NCBI GenBank assembly: GCA_964431835.1
Contig: CAYSKO010000008.1
Span: 26,622 to 90,621, forward strand
Direction of reading: 5' to 3'
Length of the DNA: 64,000 bases
Origin: an uncultured Planctomycetia bacterium
GTDB taxonomy: Bacteria > Omnitrophota > Gorgyraeia > 2-02-FULL-51-18
The notes under the pieces were generated by a model that saw only the letters and a program-made list of their open reading frames with translations, was not told the origin of the DNA and ran no database searches. Positions 50,999 to 60,597 of the stretch are shown here, piece after piece. How positions within the stretch are numbered: the first letter of the stretch is position 1; each line of letters starts with the position of its first letter. Position numbers and translations under genes: made by a program.

Positions 50999-52036
50999 TT
51001 GATCACCGCCCTGGATTTCGAAAAACCGATTTTCGAGCTCGAAAAGAAGATCGCCGAGCTTCGTAGCCTTTCGAACGACGGTAATCTGAACCTCCTCACC
51101 GAGGTGAAGAAGCTCGAGGGTCGCCTCGAACACCTTAAGAAAGAAACCTATTCCGGCCTCACCCCCTGGCAGCGCGTCCAGCTGGCGCGCCATCCCAAGC
51201 GTCCCTACACCCTCGATTACATCGGAATGATCTTCAGCGAGTTCGTCGAGTTCCACGGCGACCGCACGTTCGCCGACGATAAAGCGCTGATCGGCGGTTT
51301 CGCCAAGCTGGATGGCCAGACGTTCCTCGTGATCGGCCACCAAAAAGGCCGCGACGCGAAGGAAAACATTATGCGAAACTTCGGAAGCGCCCATCCGGAG
51401 GGCTATCGCAAGGCCCTGCGTCTCATGCGGATGGCGGAGAAGTTCGACGTGCCGATCGCGGTCTTCGTCGACACCCCGGGAGCTTATCCGGGCGTCGGAG
51501 CCGAAGAGCGCGGCCAGGCCTACACCATCGCATTCAACATCCGCGAGATGGCGCGCGTGCGCGTGCCGATCGTCGTCTTCGTCATCGGGGAGGGTGGCTC
51601 GGGCGGAGCGCTCGGTATCGGCGTTGGCGACCGTGTGCTCGTCATGGAAAACGCCTACTATTCCGTCATTTCGCCGGAGGGCTGCGCGGCCATTCTCTGG
51701 AAGGACCGCACGAAGGCTCCTGAGGCCGCCGCCGCACTTCGTCTCACCGCGAAGGATCTCCTTGAGATGAAGCTCATCGACGAGGTGGTGAAGGAGCCGC
51801 TCGGCGGGGCGCACCGGGACCCGGCTGTGGCGGCGGAAGCGATCAAGACCGCGATTAAGAAGTACTGGAAAGAGCTCGAGAACGTGGACCGGGAACAGCT
51901 CGTCGAGAATCGTTACGCGAAGTTCCGTTCGATCGGCGTCTTCGAGAGCCGCTCGTCGGTCGAGGCGGCCGAAAGGATCGCCGCAACGAATGGCAAAAAA
52001 AGCCGTCAGAAAAAAAGAGTTCCGGCTACCAAGTGA
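50999..52036 (+). CDS. accA: Acetyl-CoA carboxylase carboxyltransferase alpha subunit.
   Basis: LDFEKPIFELEKKIAELR matches the AccA N-terminus. VDTPGAYPGVGAEERGQ is the carboxyltransferase motif. TTG start at 50999 with a GAGGATAA SD. The listed ORF from 50804 is rejected as an extension. Carries an unusual Lys-rich C-terminal tail. Confidence 0.85.
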   Translation: MITALDFEKPIFELEKKIAELRSLSNDGNLNLLTEVKKLEGRLEHLKKETYSGLTPWQRVQLARHPKRPYTLDYIGMIFSEFVEFHGDRTFADDKALIGGFAKLDGQTFLVIGHQKGRDAKENIMRNFGSAHPEGYRKALRLMRMAEKFDVPIAVFVDTPGAYPGVGAEERGQAYTIAFNIREMARVRVPIVVFVIGEGGSGGALGIGVGDRVLVMENAYYSVISPEGCAAILWKDRTKAPEAAAALRLTAKDLLEMKLIDEVVKEPLGGAHRDPAVAAEAIKTAIKKYWKELENVDREQLVENRYAKFRSIGVFESRSSVEAAERIAATNGKKSRQKKRVPATK

Positions 52037-52439
52037 CCTCGCGGAGGTCCAGAAGGCGAGCGCCAAGGTGCTCGCCTTTCTGCGGCCTCTTTCGCTGAGC
52101 GAAGCCGCGTCGTTCGACATCCGTCTGTGTCTTGAGGAGGCGCTGATCAACGCCATGAAATATGGCCACGGTCTGCGTCCGGAACTCGAAGTGCGTCTTG
52201 CCGCCGAATACGACGACGAGTCCATCCGGCTGACGATCGAGGATCACGGGCCGGGTTTCGACGTCGACAAAGTGGCCGACTGCACGCAGAAGAGCAATCT
52301 TTTGAGAGGCAGCGGGCGCGGTGTGTATCTCATCCGTCAGCTGATGGACGAAGTCGAATACAACGCCAAGGGAAACCGCCTGACGATGACTAAGCGTCTC
52401 GTCGGGCCCGAAACGAAGCGATTAAGGAAAAGGGAGTAG
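51990..52439 (+). CDS. Anti-sigma regulatory factor-type Ser/Thr kinase (RsbW/SpoIIAB-like HATPase_c).
   Basis: 149 aa. EFRLPSDLAEVQKASAKVLAF...EALINAMKYGH and a GxG ATP-lid (GSGRGVYL). Overlaps accA by 47 nt. Confidence 0.7.
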   Translation: MAKKAVRKKEFRLPSDLAEVQKASAKVLAFLRPLSLSEAASFDIRLCLEEALINAMKYGHGLRPELEVRLAAEYDDESIRLTIEDHGPGFDVDKVADCTQKSNLLRGSGRGVYLIRQLMDEVEYNAKGNRLTMTKRLVGPETKRLRKRE

Positions 52440-52446
52440 TCATCCA

Positions 52447-52773
52447 ATGACCGTGAAATCATTCGAAAAGGACGGAGTGGCCGTCTTTCAGGTGAACGGC
52501 GAGATCAATATCAGCACGTCGCCGGATCTGAAGAAGCATTTCGAAAAACTGGCCGCCAAGAAAGTCGTCGTCGACCTCACCGAGGTCGGTTACGTCGACA
52601 GCTCGGGTCTGGCTACGTTGGTTGAGATGCTGAAGAAGACGAAGTCGCAGGGAGGCAGCCTCGGGCTCGCCGGAATGTCCGAGAAAGTCCGCAGCCTTTT
52701 CGAGATCACGAAACTCGACAAGCTTTTCCCGATCTTCGCCAGCCAGGAGGAAGCGGTCACGCGTGTCAAGTAA
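52447..52773 (+). CDS. STAS-domain anti-sigma-factor antagonist (SpoIIAA/RsbV-like; possibly a MlaB analogue).
   Basis: 108 aa. Conserved phosphorylatable Ser in VDSSGLATLVEML. Confidence 0.75.
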   Translation: MTVKSFEKDGVAVFQVNGEINISTSPDLKKHFEKLAAKKVVVDLTEVGYVDSSGLATLVEMLKKTKSQGGSLGLAGMSEKVRSLFEITKLDKLFPIFASQEEAVTRVK

Positions 52774-52790
52774 GGCGCTCCGGAGTCCAT

Positions 52791-53582
52791 TTGTTGTTCG
52801 TTGAGTCGGTCGGCCGGGCGACACACGCACTCGCCGGGCAGATCAGTCAGACGAGCTCTCTCCTGGCTCAGACGCTTTATTGGCTCGTCGTCGGTCCGTT
52901 CCGAAAGAAACCCGTCTCCCGCAAGAGCGTCTTCGCCCAAACCGTCTTCTCCGGCTGGGATTCCCTGGCCATCGTCTTCTTCACCGATTTCTTCATCGGC
53001 ATGGTGCTTGCCATGCAGTCCGCGTACCAGCTCGAACAGCTCGGCGCCACGCTTTACGTGGCCGCTCTCGTGGGCGTCTCGATGGCCCGCGAGATCGGGC
53101 CCGTCCTGACCGCGCTCGTCGTTGCGGGCCGAGTCGGAGCGGCCATCACCGCCGAACTCGCAACCATGAAGGTCACCGAGCAGGTCGAAGCGCTCCAGAC
53201 CCTTTCGCTCAATCCCGTCCGGTATCTCGTCGCGCCCCGGTTCATGGCGCTTCTTCTTATGGTGCCGTGTCTTACGCTTCTCGGCGACTTGATAGGGATG
53301 TTCGGCGGCTTCGTGATCGGAACCACGAGTCTCGGACTTCCGCCCGGCCTCTACATCGACACCACGTTCGAGTTCTTGACGGCCAAGGACGTTCTTACCG
53401 GCCTTCTGAAAAGCGCCGTATTCGCGATGCTGATCGCGCTTATCGCCTGCCAGCAAGGCTTGGCCGCCGAGGGCGGCGCCGAGGGTGTAGGCCGCGCGAC
53501 CACGCGCAGCGTCGTCACGAGTTTCATCATGATCATCGTTGCCGACGCGCTCCTTACCGCTTTCTTCTACATGGCCGGCTGA
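52791..53582 (+). CDS. mlaE: ABC-transporter permease MlaE (phospholipid transport).
   Basis: 263 aa. MlaE-like EQLGATLYVAALVGVSMAREIGPVLTALVVAGRVG...ELATMKVTEQVEAL. TTG start with a GGAG SD. Confidence 0.8.
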   Translation: MLFVESVGRATHALAGQISQTSSLLAQTLYWLVVGPFRKKPVSRKSVFAQTVFSGWDSLAIVFFTDFFIGMVLAMQSAYQLEQLGATLYVAALVGVSMAREIGPVLTALVVAGRVGAAITAELATMKVTEQVEALQTLSLNPVRYLVAPRFMALLLMVPCLTLLGDLIGMFGGFVIGTTSLGLPPGLYIDTTFEFLTAKDVLTGLLKSAVFAMLIALIACQQGLAAEGGAEGVGRATTRSVVTSFIMIIVADALLTAFFYMAG

Positions 53583-54385
53583 TGACGGCTCCGCGCGAAC
53601 CCGTCATCTCTGTGAAAAGCCTGGTCAAGACCTTCGGGGGGCGCCGTGTGCTCGACGGCGTCACGCTCGATATCCACCGCGGAGAGACCTTCGTGATCAT
53701 GGGCGGTTCCGGCTGCGGCAAGAGCACGTTCCTGCGCCATCTGATCGGTGCGATCCGGCCGGACTCCGGCGAAGTCTGGATGTTCGGGCAGGACATCGCG
53801 AAGGCGAGCGAGGACTCGATGGACGAAATCAGGAAGAAATTTGGCATGCTCTTTCAGTCGGGCGCGCTCTTCGACTCGATGACGGTGGGGGAGAACGTGG
53901 CGCTGCCGCTTCGCGAGCACACGAAGCTCGACGACAGCGTGATCCAGATCATGGTCAAGATGAAGCTCGAGCTCGTGGGTCTTCGCGGCTTCGAGCACCT
54001 CATGCCCTCGCAGCTCTCGGGGGGCATGAAAAAGCGCGTGGGCCTCGCCCGCGCGATCGCGCTCGACCCCGCGATCATTTTCTACGACGAACCGACCGCC
54101 GGACTCGATCCGATCATGACCGGCGTCGTCGACAAGCTCACGATCGACCTCACTAAGCGGCTCGGCCTTACCTCCGTGGTCGTCACGCATGACATGAATA
54201 GCGTGTTCCGGATCGCGGACCGCATCGTGATGTTCCACCAGGGTCGCATCCGGCAGATAGGCACTCCGGACGAGATCCGGAAGTCGAAGGACCCGATCGT
54301 GCAGCAGTTCATCACCGGAGAAGCCGAGGGGCCGATCGCCCACCAGGGCGAGGACTACCTCGACCATCTGACCAAAGGTTTCTAA
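53582..54385 (+). CDS. mlaF: ABC-transporter ATPase MlaF.
   Basis: Walker A GGSGCGKST. ABC signature LSGGMKKRVGLARA. Walker B IIFYDEPTAGLD. ATG overlaps the mlaE stop. The listed 501-aa ORF from 52880 is rejected. Confidence 0.85.
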   Translation: MTAPREPVISVKSLVKTFGGRRVLDGVTLDIHRGETFVIMGGSGCGKSTFLRHLIGAIRPDSGEVWMFGQDIAKASEDSMDEIRKKFGMLFQSGALFDSMTVGENVALPLREHTKLDDSVIQIMVKMKLELVGLRGFEHLMPSQLSGGMKKRVGLARAIALDPAIIFYDEPTAGLDPIMTGVVDKLTIDLTKRLGLTSVVVTHDMNSVFRIADRIVMFHQGRIRQIGTPDEIRKSKDPIVQQFITGEAEGPIAHQGEDYLDHLTKGF

Positions 54386-54397
54386 CAAGGAGGCGGG

Positions 54398-55156
54398 ATG
54401 AAAGCGGGCGCATTCTCGAACGAAGCGAAGACCGGCACGATCGTGCTGGTATCGATCGCCCTTCTGATCGGGCTCATGATCAAGATCGGAAATTTCTCGG
54501 TGTTCCAAAAGGGATACACCGTGAAGTCCCGTTTCCATTTCACCGGCGGTGTGAAACGCCATTCGCCAGTCCGTCTCTCCGGCGTGGATGTCGGGGAAGT
54601 GAAGGATATCCGCATGATCTACGGCGAGGAGACGCTCGTCGAGGTGGATCTCTGGCTCCGCGACGAAACGAAACTACGGATGGATTCGCAGGCGTACGTC
54701 ACAACGCTCGGCATGATGGGCGAGAAGTACATCGAGATCAAAGCGGGCACGCCGGCCGCCGAATGGGCCAAGGACGGGGACACGATCCCCGGCAAGGACC
54801 CGGTCCGGCTCGAGGAGCTCGTCGAAGTCGGCACCAAGGTCGCAGGCGACGTGAGCGACATGGCCAAGAACATCGGTTCCCTCGCCAAGCACGCCGACGA
54901 GGCGGTCGTCGGCAACCGGCCGAAGATCGACCGGACCTTCTCGAACCTCGAAGACACTTCCGAGAACTTCCGCGATTTCAGTGAGGATATCAAGTGGCAC
55001 CCCTGGAAGATCCTCGTGAAGGGCAGGGAGAAATCGCGTAGCGACGTCGAGGCCGAGAGGACCAAGCGCGCTGCGGCCCGCGTCGAGGCAAAAAAGCAGT
55101 CCCAGAACTTCGCGCCCAAGGCGGGAACGCCTTCCGGCACAAAGGAAACCTCATGA
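54398..55156 (+). CDS. mlaD: MCE-domain protein MlaD.
   Basis: N-terminal TM helix followed by an MCE domain. AGGAGG SD. Confidence 0.75.
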   Translation: MKAGAFSNEAKTGTIVLVSIALLIGLMIKIGNFSVFQKGYTVKSRFHFTGGVKRHSPVRLSGVDVGEVKDIRMIYGEETLVEVDLWLRDETKLRMDSQAYVTTLGMMGEKYIEIKAGTPAAEWAKDGDTIPGKDPVRLEELVEVGTKVAGDVSDMAKNIGSLAKHADEAVVGNRPKIDRTFSNLEDTSENFRDFSEDIKWHPWKILVKGREKSRSDVEAERTKRAAARVEAKKQSQNFAPKAGTPSGTKETS

Positions 55157-55977
55157 CAAAGCGTCTCGTTCTCTTGCTCGCCGTCTGCCTCGCCATGACC
55201 GCGCCCGTCTCTGCCGCCGAAGGCCGTGCGCGGGCTTCCGGGGTCTCGGGAGATGTTACGGTTTTCTCCGGATCCTCTCCTTCACGGCGACTCGCCTCTG
55301 GTGATGCCGTGGTCGCGGGCGACGAGATCCGCGCCGCCGCCAACTCGAAGTGCAGCCTCGTCCTCGAAGGGAAACCCTCGAGCGCAGTGAAAATAGAACC
55401 TTCGTCGACGGTCCGCGTCTCGTCGCTCGACCCGGTTCGCCTAGACGTCCGGGGCGGGAAGCTTTTCGCGCTCGTCAACGGCCTTGCGAAAGGATCCACG
55501 TTCGAAGTCAGCACGCCCACCGCTATCGCGTCCGTCCGCGGCACCGCACTCGGCGCCGAGACGGGGGCTGCGGGAGACCGTTTCTACGCGTTCGAGAATT
55601 CGATCGAAGTCACACCTCAAGGCGGCGTACCGGCCGTTCTCGAAGAGGGTTTCGGCGCCTCGGTAGGTGGTGGTGCCCTTGAGACGTTCCAGCTTGGCGA
55701 CGCCGACCGGGAGTATTTCCGCGAGTCCGCAAGGGAAGCCGAAGAAGCCATGAAGGAAGTGCCGAAGGCGGCCGGCGAGGAAGCCGCGCGCAGCCTCCTC
55801 GTCTTCGAAGACGACCCGATGCCATCCGATCTCTCGACCGGCGCCGACGCGATGCCGAACGCCAAAGAGGAGACGCGGGAAGTCGGGGCCGCTGAAGCTT
55901 TCAAGAAAAACGATAGCGGTGGTACGGGAACCGGCGGCCAAGGCGGTACCAGCCCGGGCGGCGGCGGCGACATCTGA
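55153..55977 (+). CDS. Secreted FecR-domain protein.
   Basis: Signal peptide MTKRLVLLLAVCLAMTAPVSA. FecR-like VSTPTAIASVRGTALG. ATG overlaps the mlaD stop (ATGA). Confidence 0.55.
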   Translation: MTKRLVLLLAVCLAMTAPVSAAEGRARASGVSGDVTVFSGSSPSRRLASGDAVVAGDEIRAAANSKCSLVLEGKPSSAVKIEPSSTVRVSSLDPVRLDVRGGKLFALVNGLAKGSTFEVSTPTAIASVRGTALGAETGAAGDRFYAFENSIEVTPQGGVPAVLEEGFGASVGGGALETFQLGDADREYFRESAREAEEAMKEVPKAAGEEAARSLLVFEDDPMPSDLSTGADAMPNAKEETREVGAAEAFKKNDSGGTGTGGQGGTSPGGGGDI

Positions 55978-55982
55978 AGCGC

Positions 55983-56933
55983 TTGAAGAGATTGGGAGCG
56001 CTTCTAACGCTCTTCGTATTTCTCTTTACGGGCATCGCTCTTCCCGCCGCGTCGGCGGGCGATTCTTCCGTGGACGTACGGGCGGGGATCGGGATCGGCC
56101 GGGACGATAACGCCCGGCTCGACTCCGGCCGAAAAGGTGACGCGTTCCTCCAGGAATCCGCGTCGGTGGGCTGGCGCAAGCGGACGGGGGACAATTCCCG
56201 TCTGCGCGTTTTTTACGACGTCTTCAACGTGAATTATTTCGAAGTGACCGATCAAAGCTTCCTGTGGCAGGGCGCCGGCGCCGGCTACGACGTCGCCCTG
56301 ACGCCCGAAACCGCCGTCCAATTCGACTACACGCTCGAATGGCTCTATTTTCCCGACAACGAATCGGTAGGTTCGCACGTGAACGAGGGCCGCATCGGGC
56401 TTCTCCGGCGTTTTTACTCGGGAGCCTATGTGAAAGCCGGAATCGGCCTTTCCGAACGACAGTTCGCGGACAATAAGCGCCGGGACGGCGCCGGTCTCCT
56501 TTCCGGGGACGACGAGCGGACGGACCGCCGCGTCGGAGGGGACGCCGAGATCGGATTTCTCCCCATCAAGACGCTGCTCGTCCGCCTCGGCGGTTCGATC
56601 TACAACAACGACTCGGACGATGCTTTCCACGACTTTTACGACTACCGCTCTGTCTCCTCCTACGCCACGGCGACATTACGCATCACTGCTAAGCTCTTCG
56701 CTTTTTTCAAGGCGGGAATCGAAAATCAGGCTTTTCACTCGCGTCCGCTTCTCGACGCTCCCGGCTCCGAGGAAGATTCGGACCTTTATACGGGAACCCT
56801 CGCCATCTTTTACCGGCTCCGGGAAAACATCACTCTCTCCCTGACCCAAAACTACCGCGAGAAAGTTTCGAACGAACCCTCCCGCGAACACTCCGGCTCC
56901 ATCTCAACCCTTGGCCTTCTTTACTCGTTTTAA
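55983..56933 (+). CDS. Putative outer-membrane beta-barrel protein.
   Basis: Signal peptide, alternating-hydrophobic strands and a C-terminal LLYSF (terminal Phe). TTG start. Confidence 0.45.
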   Translation: MKRLGALLTLFVFLFTGIALPAASAGDSSVDVRAGIGIGRDDNARLDSGRKGDAFLQESASVGWRKRTGDNSRLRVFYDVFNVNYFEVTDQSFLWQGAGAGYDVALTPETAVQFDYTLEWLYFPDNESVGSHVNEGRIGLLRRFYSGAYVKAGIGLSERQFADNKRRDGAGLLSGDDERTDRRVGGDAEIGFLPIKTLLVRLGGSIYNNDSDDAFHDFYDYRSVSSYATATLRITAKLFAFFKAGIENQAFHSRPLLDAPGSEEDSDLYTGTLAIFYRLRENITLSLTQNYREKVSNEPSREHSGSISTLGLLYSF

Positions 56934-58836
56934 GAGGTACTCGCCGCTCGTTTGGGCCGCGACGGCGGTCCTGGCGGGGTCTCTGTCCTGGTTCCGCGTC
57001 TTCGAACTCTACGAGCTCCAAACCTACGACTGGCGCTGCGTGGTCCGGGGAGCCCGGCCCGTCTCTCCCGACATCGTCCTCATCGACATCTGGGACGACA
57101 CGTTGAAAGCGCTTGGTGCCTGGCCCTTCGACCGCGGGTACCATGCGGAGCTCATCGACGCGCTCGCCGCGCACGGAGTGAAAGGCGTCGCGATGGATAT
57201 GGTCATCGTCGAGGAACGTGAAGGGGACGACGCGGTCGCCGCGGCCGCCGCACGCGCGAAGAACGTGTATTTCGTCGAGGCGTTCTACAGCGTCCTGCCG
57301 CACGCGGGCAAATTCCGTTCGGACCGCCTGATCGCGCCCCTCATCCCCGAATACGCGAAGGCCGCCCGCGCCGTCGCCCACGTGAATTCCACAGCCGATA
57401 TGGACGGCAAGCGGCGCCGCACGTTTCCCATTATCGAGCACGAAGGACGAAACCACTACCAGCTGAGTCTCCGCGTGGCGATGGACGTTTTCGGAGTGAA
57501 TCCCGAATCGATGCACTTGAATCCCGGAAAAGAAATCGATTTCGGCGGAAAGATACGGATCCCGCTCGACGAACAAGGCCATTTCATCGTCAATTACGCG
57601 GGTCCCTGGGAAGACACGTTCAAGCACTACTCGTATTTTGAGGTTTTGGCGGCCCGTCTCCAGGAAACGTCGGGACAGAAACCGATAATCGATCTCGAGG
57701 AATTACGCGGAAAGATATGCTTCGTCGGGCTCACGTCGCTCGGCTCGCACGACACCAACCCCGTGCCGATCCAGGCGGTCTATCCGATGGTCGGTATGCA
57801 CGCAAACGTGCTGAATTCGCTTCTGACCGGGGATTTCATTCGGCGACTCGACCGGTCCGCCAACCTCGCGGTCCTGGCGCTCTTTTGTCTCTGGGTGATC
57901 TTCCTCTCGGTGAAGCTTAAGCCCTGGAAGGCGCTGGGGGCGGTGCTTGCGACCTTGATCGCCTACGTGGGCCTGGTGACCGCCGTCTTCTCGCTCTGGG
58001 GCCTCTGGGTCGACCTTTTCTACCCCTGCATGCTCTTCGCGGCGCTCTACGCGGGGTCGACGCTCCGGCGCGTGATGCACGAGACGCGCCGCCGCGAACT
58101 CATCGAGGGCGAGCTCAAGATCGCGAGCCAGATCCAGCAGAGCTTTCTTCCCGCAAGCCTTCCTAAGGAGAACGGCGTCGAAATCGCGGTTTTCATGAAA
58201 CCCGCGAAAGCCGTCGGTGGGGATCTCTACTCGTTCGTGACGCTCAAGGACGGCAAGCTCGGTATCATGGTCGGCGACGTCTCAGGAAAGGGGACGCCGG
58301 CCGCCCTCTTTATGGCGAAAACCGTCTCGGAGTTCAAATTCTCAGCGCGAGACGAGGAGGATCCCGCGGCGGCGCTCGCTCGGCTCAACGACTCGATCGC
58401 GGGGGAATCGACCGGCGGTTTGTTCGTCACGCTGACGTATGCTATATTTGACATGCATTCGAAGAAGGTCCGTCTGGCCAACGCGGGCCACCTGCCGGTC
58501 GTCCTCGTGACACCGGAAGGCGAGTCCGCTCTCGTGACCGCGGATGATGGCATGCCGATCGGAGTGTTTGCGGGCGCGGAATTTACGATGAAGGAAATTC
58601 CGATGCGGCCCGGCGAATGTTTCGCGTTTTACTCCGACGGAGTCAGCGAAGCTCGCAACCGCCGTAAAGATGAATATGGAGTCGAGGCCCTGCAAAAAAC
58701 CATGGTCGAACACCGCGCCGAGTCCGCCCCCGCGATCCTCGAAAAAGCGGTCGTAGACCTGACGCGTTTCATGGCCAAAGCCGAACAGCACGACGACATC
58801 ACTTTGATCGTGGTAAAAGTCGGCGAGGTGACTTGA
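56911..58836 (+). CDS. CHASE2 sensor fused to a PP2C/SpoIIE-type Ser/Thr phosphatase (RsbU-like).
   Basis: CHASE2-like IDIWDDTLKALGAWPFDRGYHAELIDAL. TM helices. PP2C/SpoIIE motif GDVSGKGTPAALFMAKT. Start is uncertain (TTG 56911). Confidence 0.75.
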   Translation: MAFFTRFKRYSPLVWAATAVLAGSLSWFRVFELYELQTYDWRCVVRGARPVSPDIVLIDIWDDTLKALGAWPFDRGYHAELIDALAAHGVKGVAMDMVIVEEREGDDAVAAAAARAKNVYFVEAFYSVLPHAGKFRSDRLIAPLIPEYAKAARAVAHVNSTADMDGKRRRTFPIIEHEGRNHYQLSLRVAMDVFGVNPESMHLNPGKEIDFGGKIRIPLDEQGHFIVNYAGPWEDTFKHYSYFEVLAARLQETSGQKPIIDLEELRGKICFVGLTSLGSHDTNPVPIQAVYPMVGMHANVLNSLLTGDFIRRLDRSANLAVLALFCLWVIFLSVKLKPWKALGAVLATLIAYVGLVTAVFSLWGLWVDLFYPCMLFAALYAGSTLRRVMHETRRRELIEGELKIASQIQQSFLPASLPKENGVEIAVFMKPAKAVGGDLYSFVTLKDGKLGIMVGDVSGKGTPAALFMAKTVSEFKFSARDEEDPAAALARLNDSIAGESTGGLFVTLTYAIFDMHSKKVRLANAGHLPVVLVTPEGESALVTADDGMPIGVFAGAEFTMKEIPMRPGECFAFYSDGVSEARNRRKDEYGVEALQKTMVEHRAESAPAILEKAVVDLTRFMAKAEQHDDITLIVVKVGEVT

Positions 58837-60587
58837 AACACAAAAGCAAGATCCTCCTCATGATCGACGACGCCGCTTTCCGCGACGGCGTCGAAAAAGC
58901 TTTCAAGAAGCTCCCTGCGAACGCCCTTTTCGTCACCGGCGGAAACGTCATGCAAAAGGTGTTCGACGAAGTGCCCCACGTGATCGTCATCGACGAGGAT
59001 TTCGGTAGCGGGGAAGGGCACAGCCTCGCGCTCAACGTGAAAGAGGACGCGGTCCTTAAATACATTCCCGTCGTCCTCATCGTGCGCAGCGAAGTCCCGG
59101 CCGCCGGCGACGAGCCCATCGAGCTCTGCTTCCGTAAAGACCAGGACCCCGCGCATTTGGCGTTCTGCGTCGGCGAAATTTTGAAGAAGAACATACACGA
59201 ACTCGACTTGAACCCTCTCACGCACCTGCCCGGCACGCGTTCGAGCGTTCTCCGTCTCGAAAAAGCGGTCACTTCGAAGGAGCGTTTTTCGATCTGCTGC
59301 ATCGATCTATCGGACCTTGCAGCGTTCAACAGCGCCTACGGCGACGCACGCGGCGACGAGATCATCGTGAAGATCGGCCACATCCTGCAGGAAGTGCTGA
59401 AAAAAGAAGGCGGGGCGGACGATTTCGTCGGCCATCTCGGCGGAGACGACTTCGTGGTCGTGACGAATCCGGGGATGGCGATTCAGATCTCGGAAGAGGT
59501 CATCCGCCAGTTCGACTCGACGGTGCCCCAGTTTTACGACGCCAACGACCGCAAGCAGGGATATATTCTACAGAGAAATCACGAGGGAACTCTGACGCAG
59601 TACCCCATCATGAGCGTCTCGGTCGCGCTCGTCCAGCACGGCGGATCCAGCGGCACCGTCCAGATGAGCGAGATCAGCCGCATTGCGTCCGAGCTCAAGC
59701 GCTATATGAAAACACTCCCGGGCAGCTGCTACATCAACTACAGCTACGCCGGCGCGCATCCCGAGGTCACCGGGTCCTATCTCGAAGTCCGCTTCCCGAC
59801 GAAGATGGAAAGCGTGCGCGTGCCGAGCCTGGCCGTGCGCTCCGACAAATATGAGGCTTTCCTGAACGTCGTCGTGAGAGGGAAGAAGCTTTCCAGCGTT
59901 TTCCAGCCGATCGTGGACATGAAGGTCCGCCGGATCGTGGGGTACGAAGCTCTGACGCGCTGTCCGGAGGGCGATTTCGCCTCTGATCCGGCGTCGCTTT
60001 TCAGCATGGCGCGCGAATCCGGCCGGACGAAGGAACTCGACAAGATTTGTGTCGACTGCGCGCTCCGGACGGCGCAGGGGCTTCCGGCGGACCGAAAGAT
60101 TTTTCTCAACCTGAACCACGAGACGCTGATCGATCCCAAAAGCATGAAAACGCTCTTCTCCGAAAAGGGAACGATCGGCTTCAAGAACATCGTCATCGAG
60201 GTGACGGAGCAGAGCATTCTGCGTTCGTTCCAAAAGGTGAAGGACGCGCTCCTCGAGCTCAAGGAACAGGGCGTTTCGGTCGCAATCGACGACGTGGGCG
60301 GAGGCGCGGTCTCCCTCCGCGACGTGGCGGTACTCAAACCCGATTTCATCAAGTTCGACCGTTCGCTCATCCGGCAGATCGACTCCAACGTCACCAAGCA
60401 GCAGATCGTTCTTTCGATGCTTCTTTTCGCCAACGGCATCAACGCGATGACCACGGCCGAGGGGATCGAAACGAAGGAGGAGTATGACGCCGTCATGATG
60501 TGCGGCGTACCTCTGGGGCAGGGGTATTTCATCTCCCGTCCCGGGAAAGCCTTCCCCGAGATCCAAATGCCTTCGGAAGTTAGTTAA
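58833..60587 (+). CDS. REC-like domain, degenerate GGDEF (GGDDF) and EAL domain protein (c-di-GMP turnover).
   Basis: KILLMIDD REC-like N-terminus. HLGGDDFVVV in place of GGDEF. EAL domain FQPIVDMKVRRIVGYEALTRCP ... DDVGGG. Confidence 0.8.
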   Translation: MKHKSKILLMIDDAAFRDGVEKAFKKLPANALFVTGGNVMQKVFDEVPHVIVIDEDFGSGEGHSLALNVKEDAVLKYIPVVLIVRSEVPAAGDEPIELCFRKDQDPAHLAFCVGEILKKNIHELDLNPLTHLPGTRSSVLRLEKAVTSKERFSICCIDLSDLAAFNSAYGDARGDEIIVKIGHILQEVLKKEGGADDFVGHLGGDDFVVVTNPGMAIQISEEVIRQFDSTVPQFYDANDRKQGYILQRNHEGTLTQYPIMSVSVALVQHGGSSGTVQMSEISRIASELKRYMKTLPGSCYINYSYAGAHPEVTGSYLEVRFPTKMESVRVPSLAVRSDKYEAFLNVVVRGKKLSSVFQPIVDMKVRRIVGYEALTRCPEGDFASDPASLFSMARESGRTKELDKICVDCALRTAQGLPADRKIFLNLNHETLIDPKSMKTLFSEKGTIGFKNIVIEVTEQSILRSFQKVKDALLELKEQGVSVAIDDVGGGAVSLRDVAVLKPDFIKFDRSLIRQIDSNVTKQQIVLSMLLFANGINAMTTAEGIETKEEYDAVMMCGVPLGQGYFISRPGKAFPEIQMPSEVS

Positions 60588-60597
60588 GAAAACCCAA

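Noticed and set aside
50804-52036. 410-aa extended accA ORF.
   Set aside because: The upstream part overlaps the DUF212 gene. TTG 50999 with an SD matches the AccA N-terminal LDFEKP consensus.
52880-54385. 501-aa ORF overlapping most of mlaE.
   Set aside because: It is an Arg-rich out-of-frame shadow. MlaF starts at ATG 53582 with its Walker A motif ~40 aa in.
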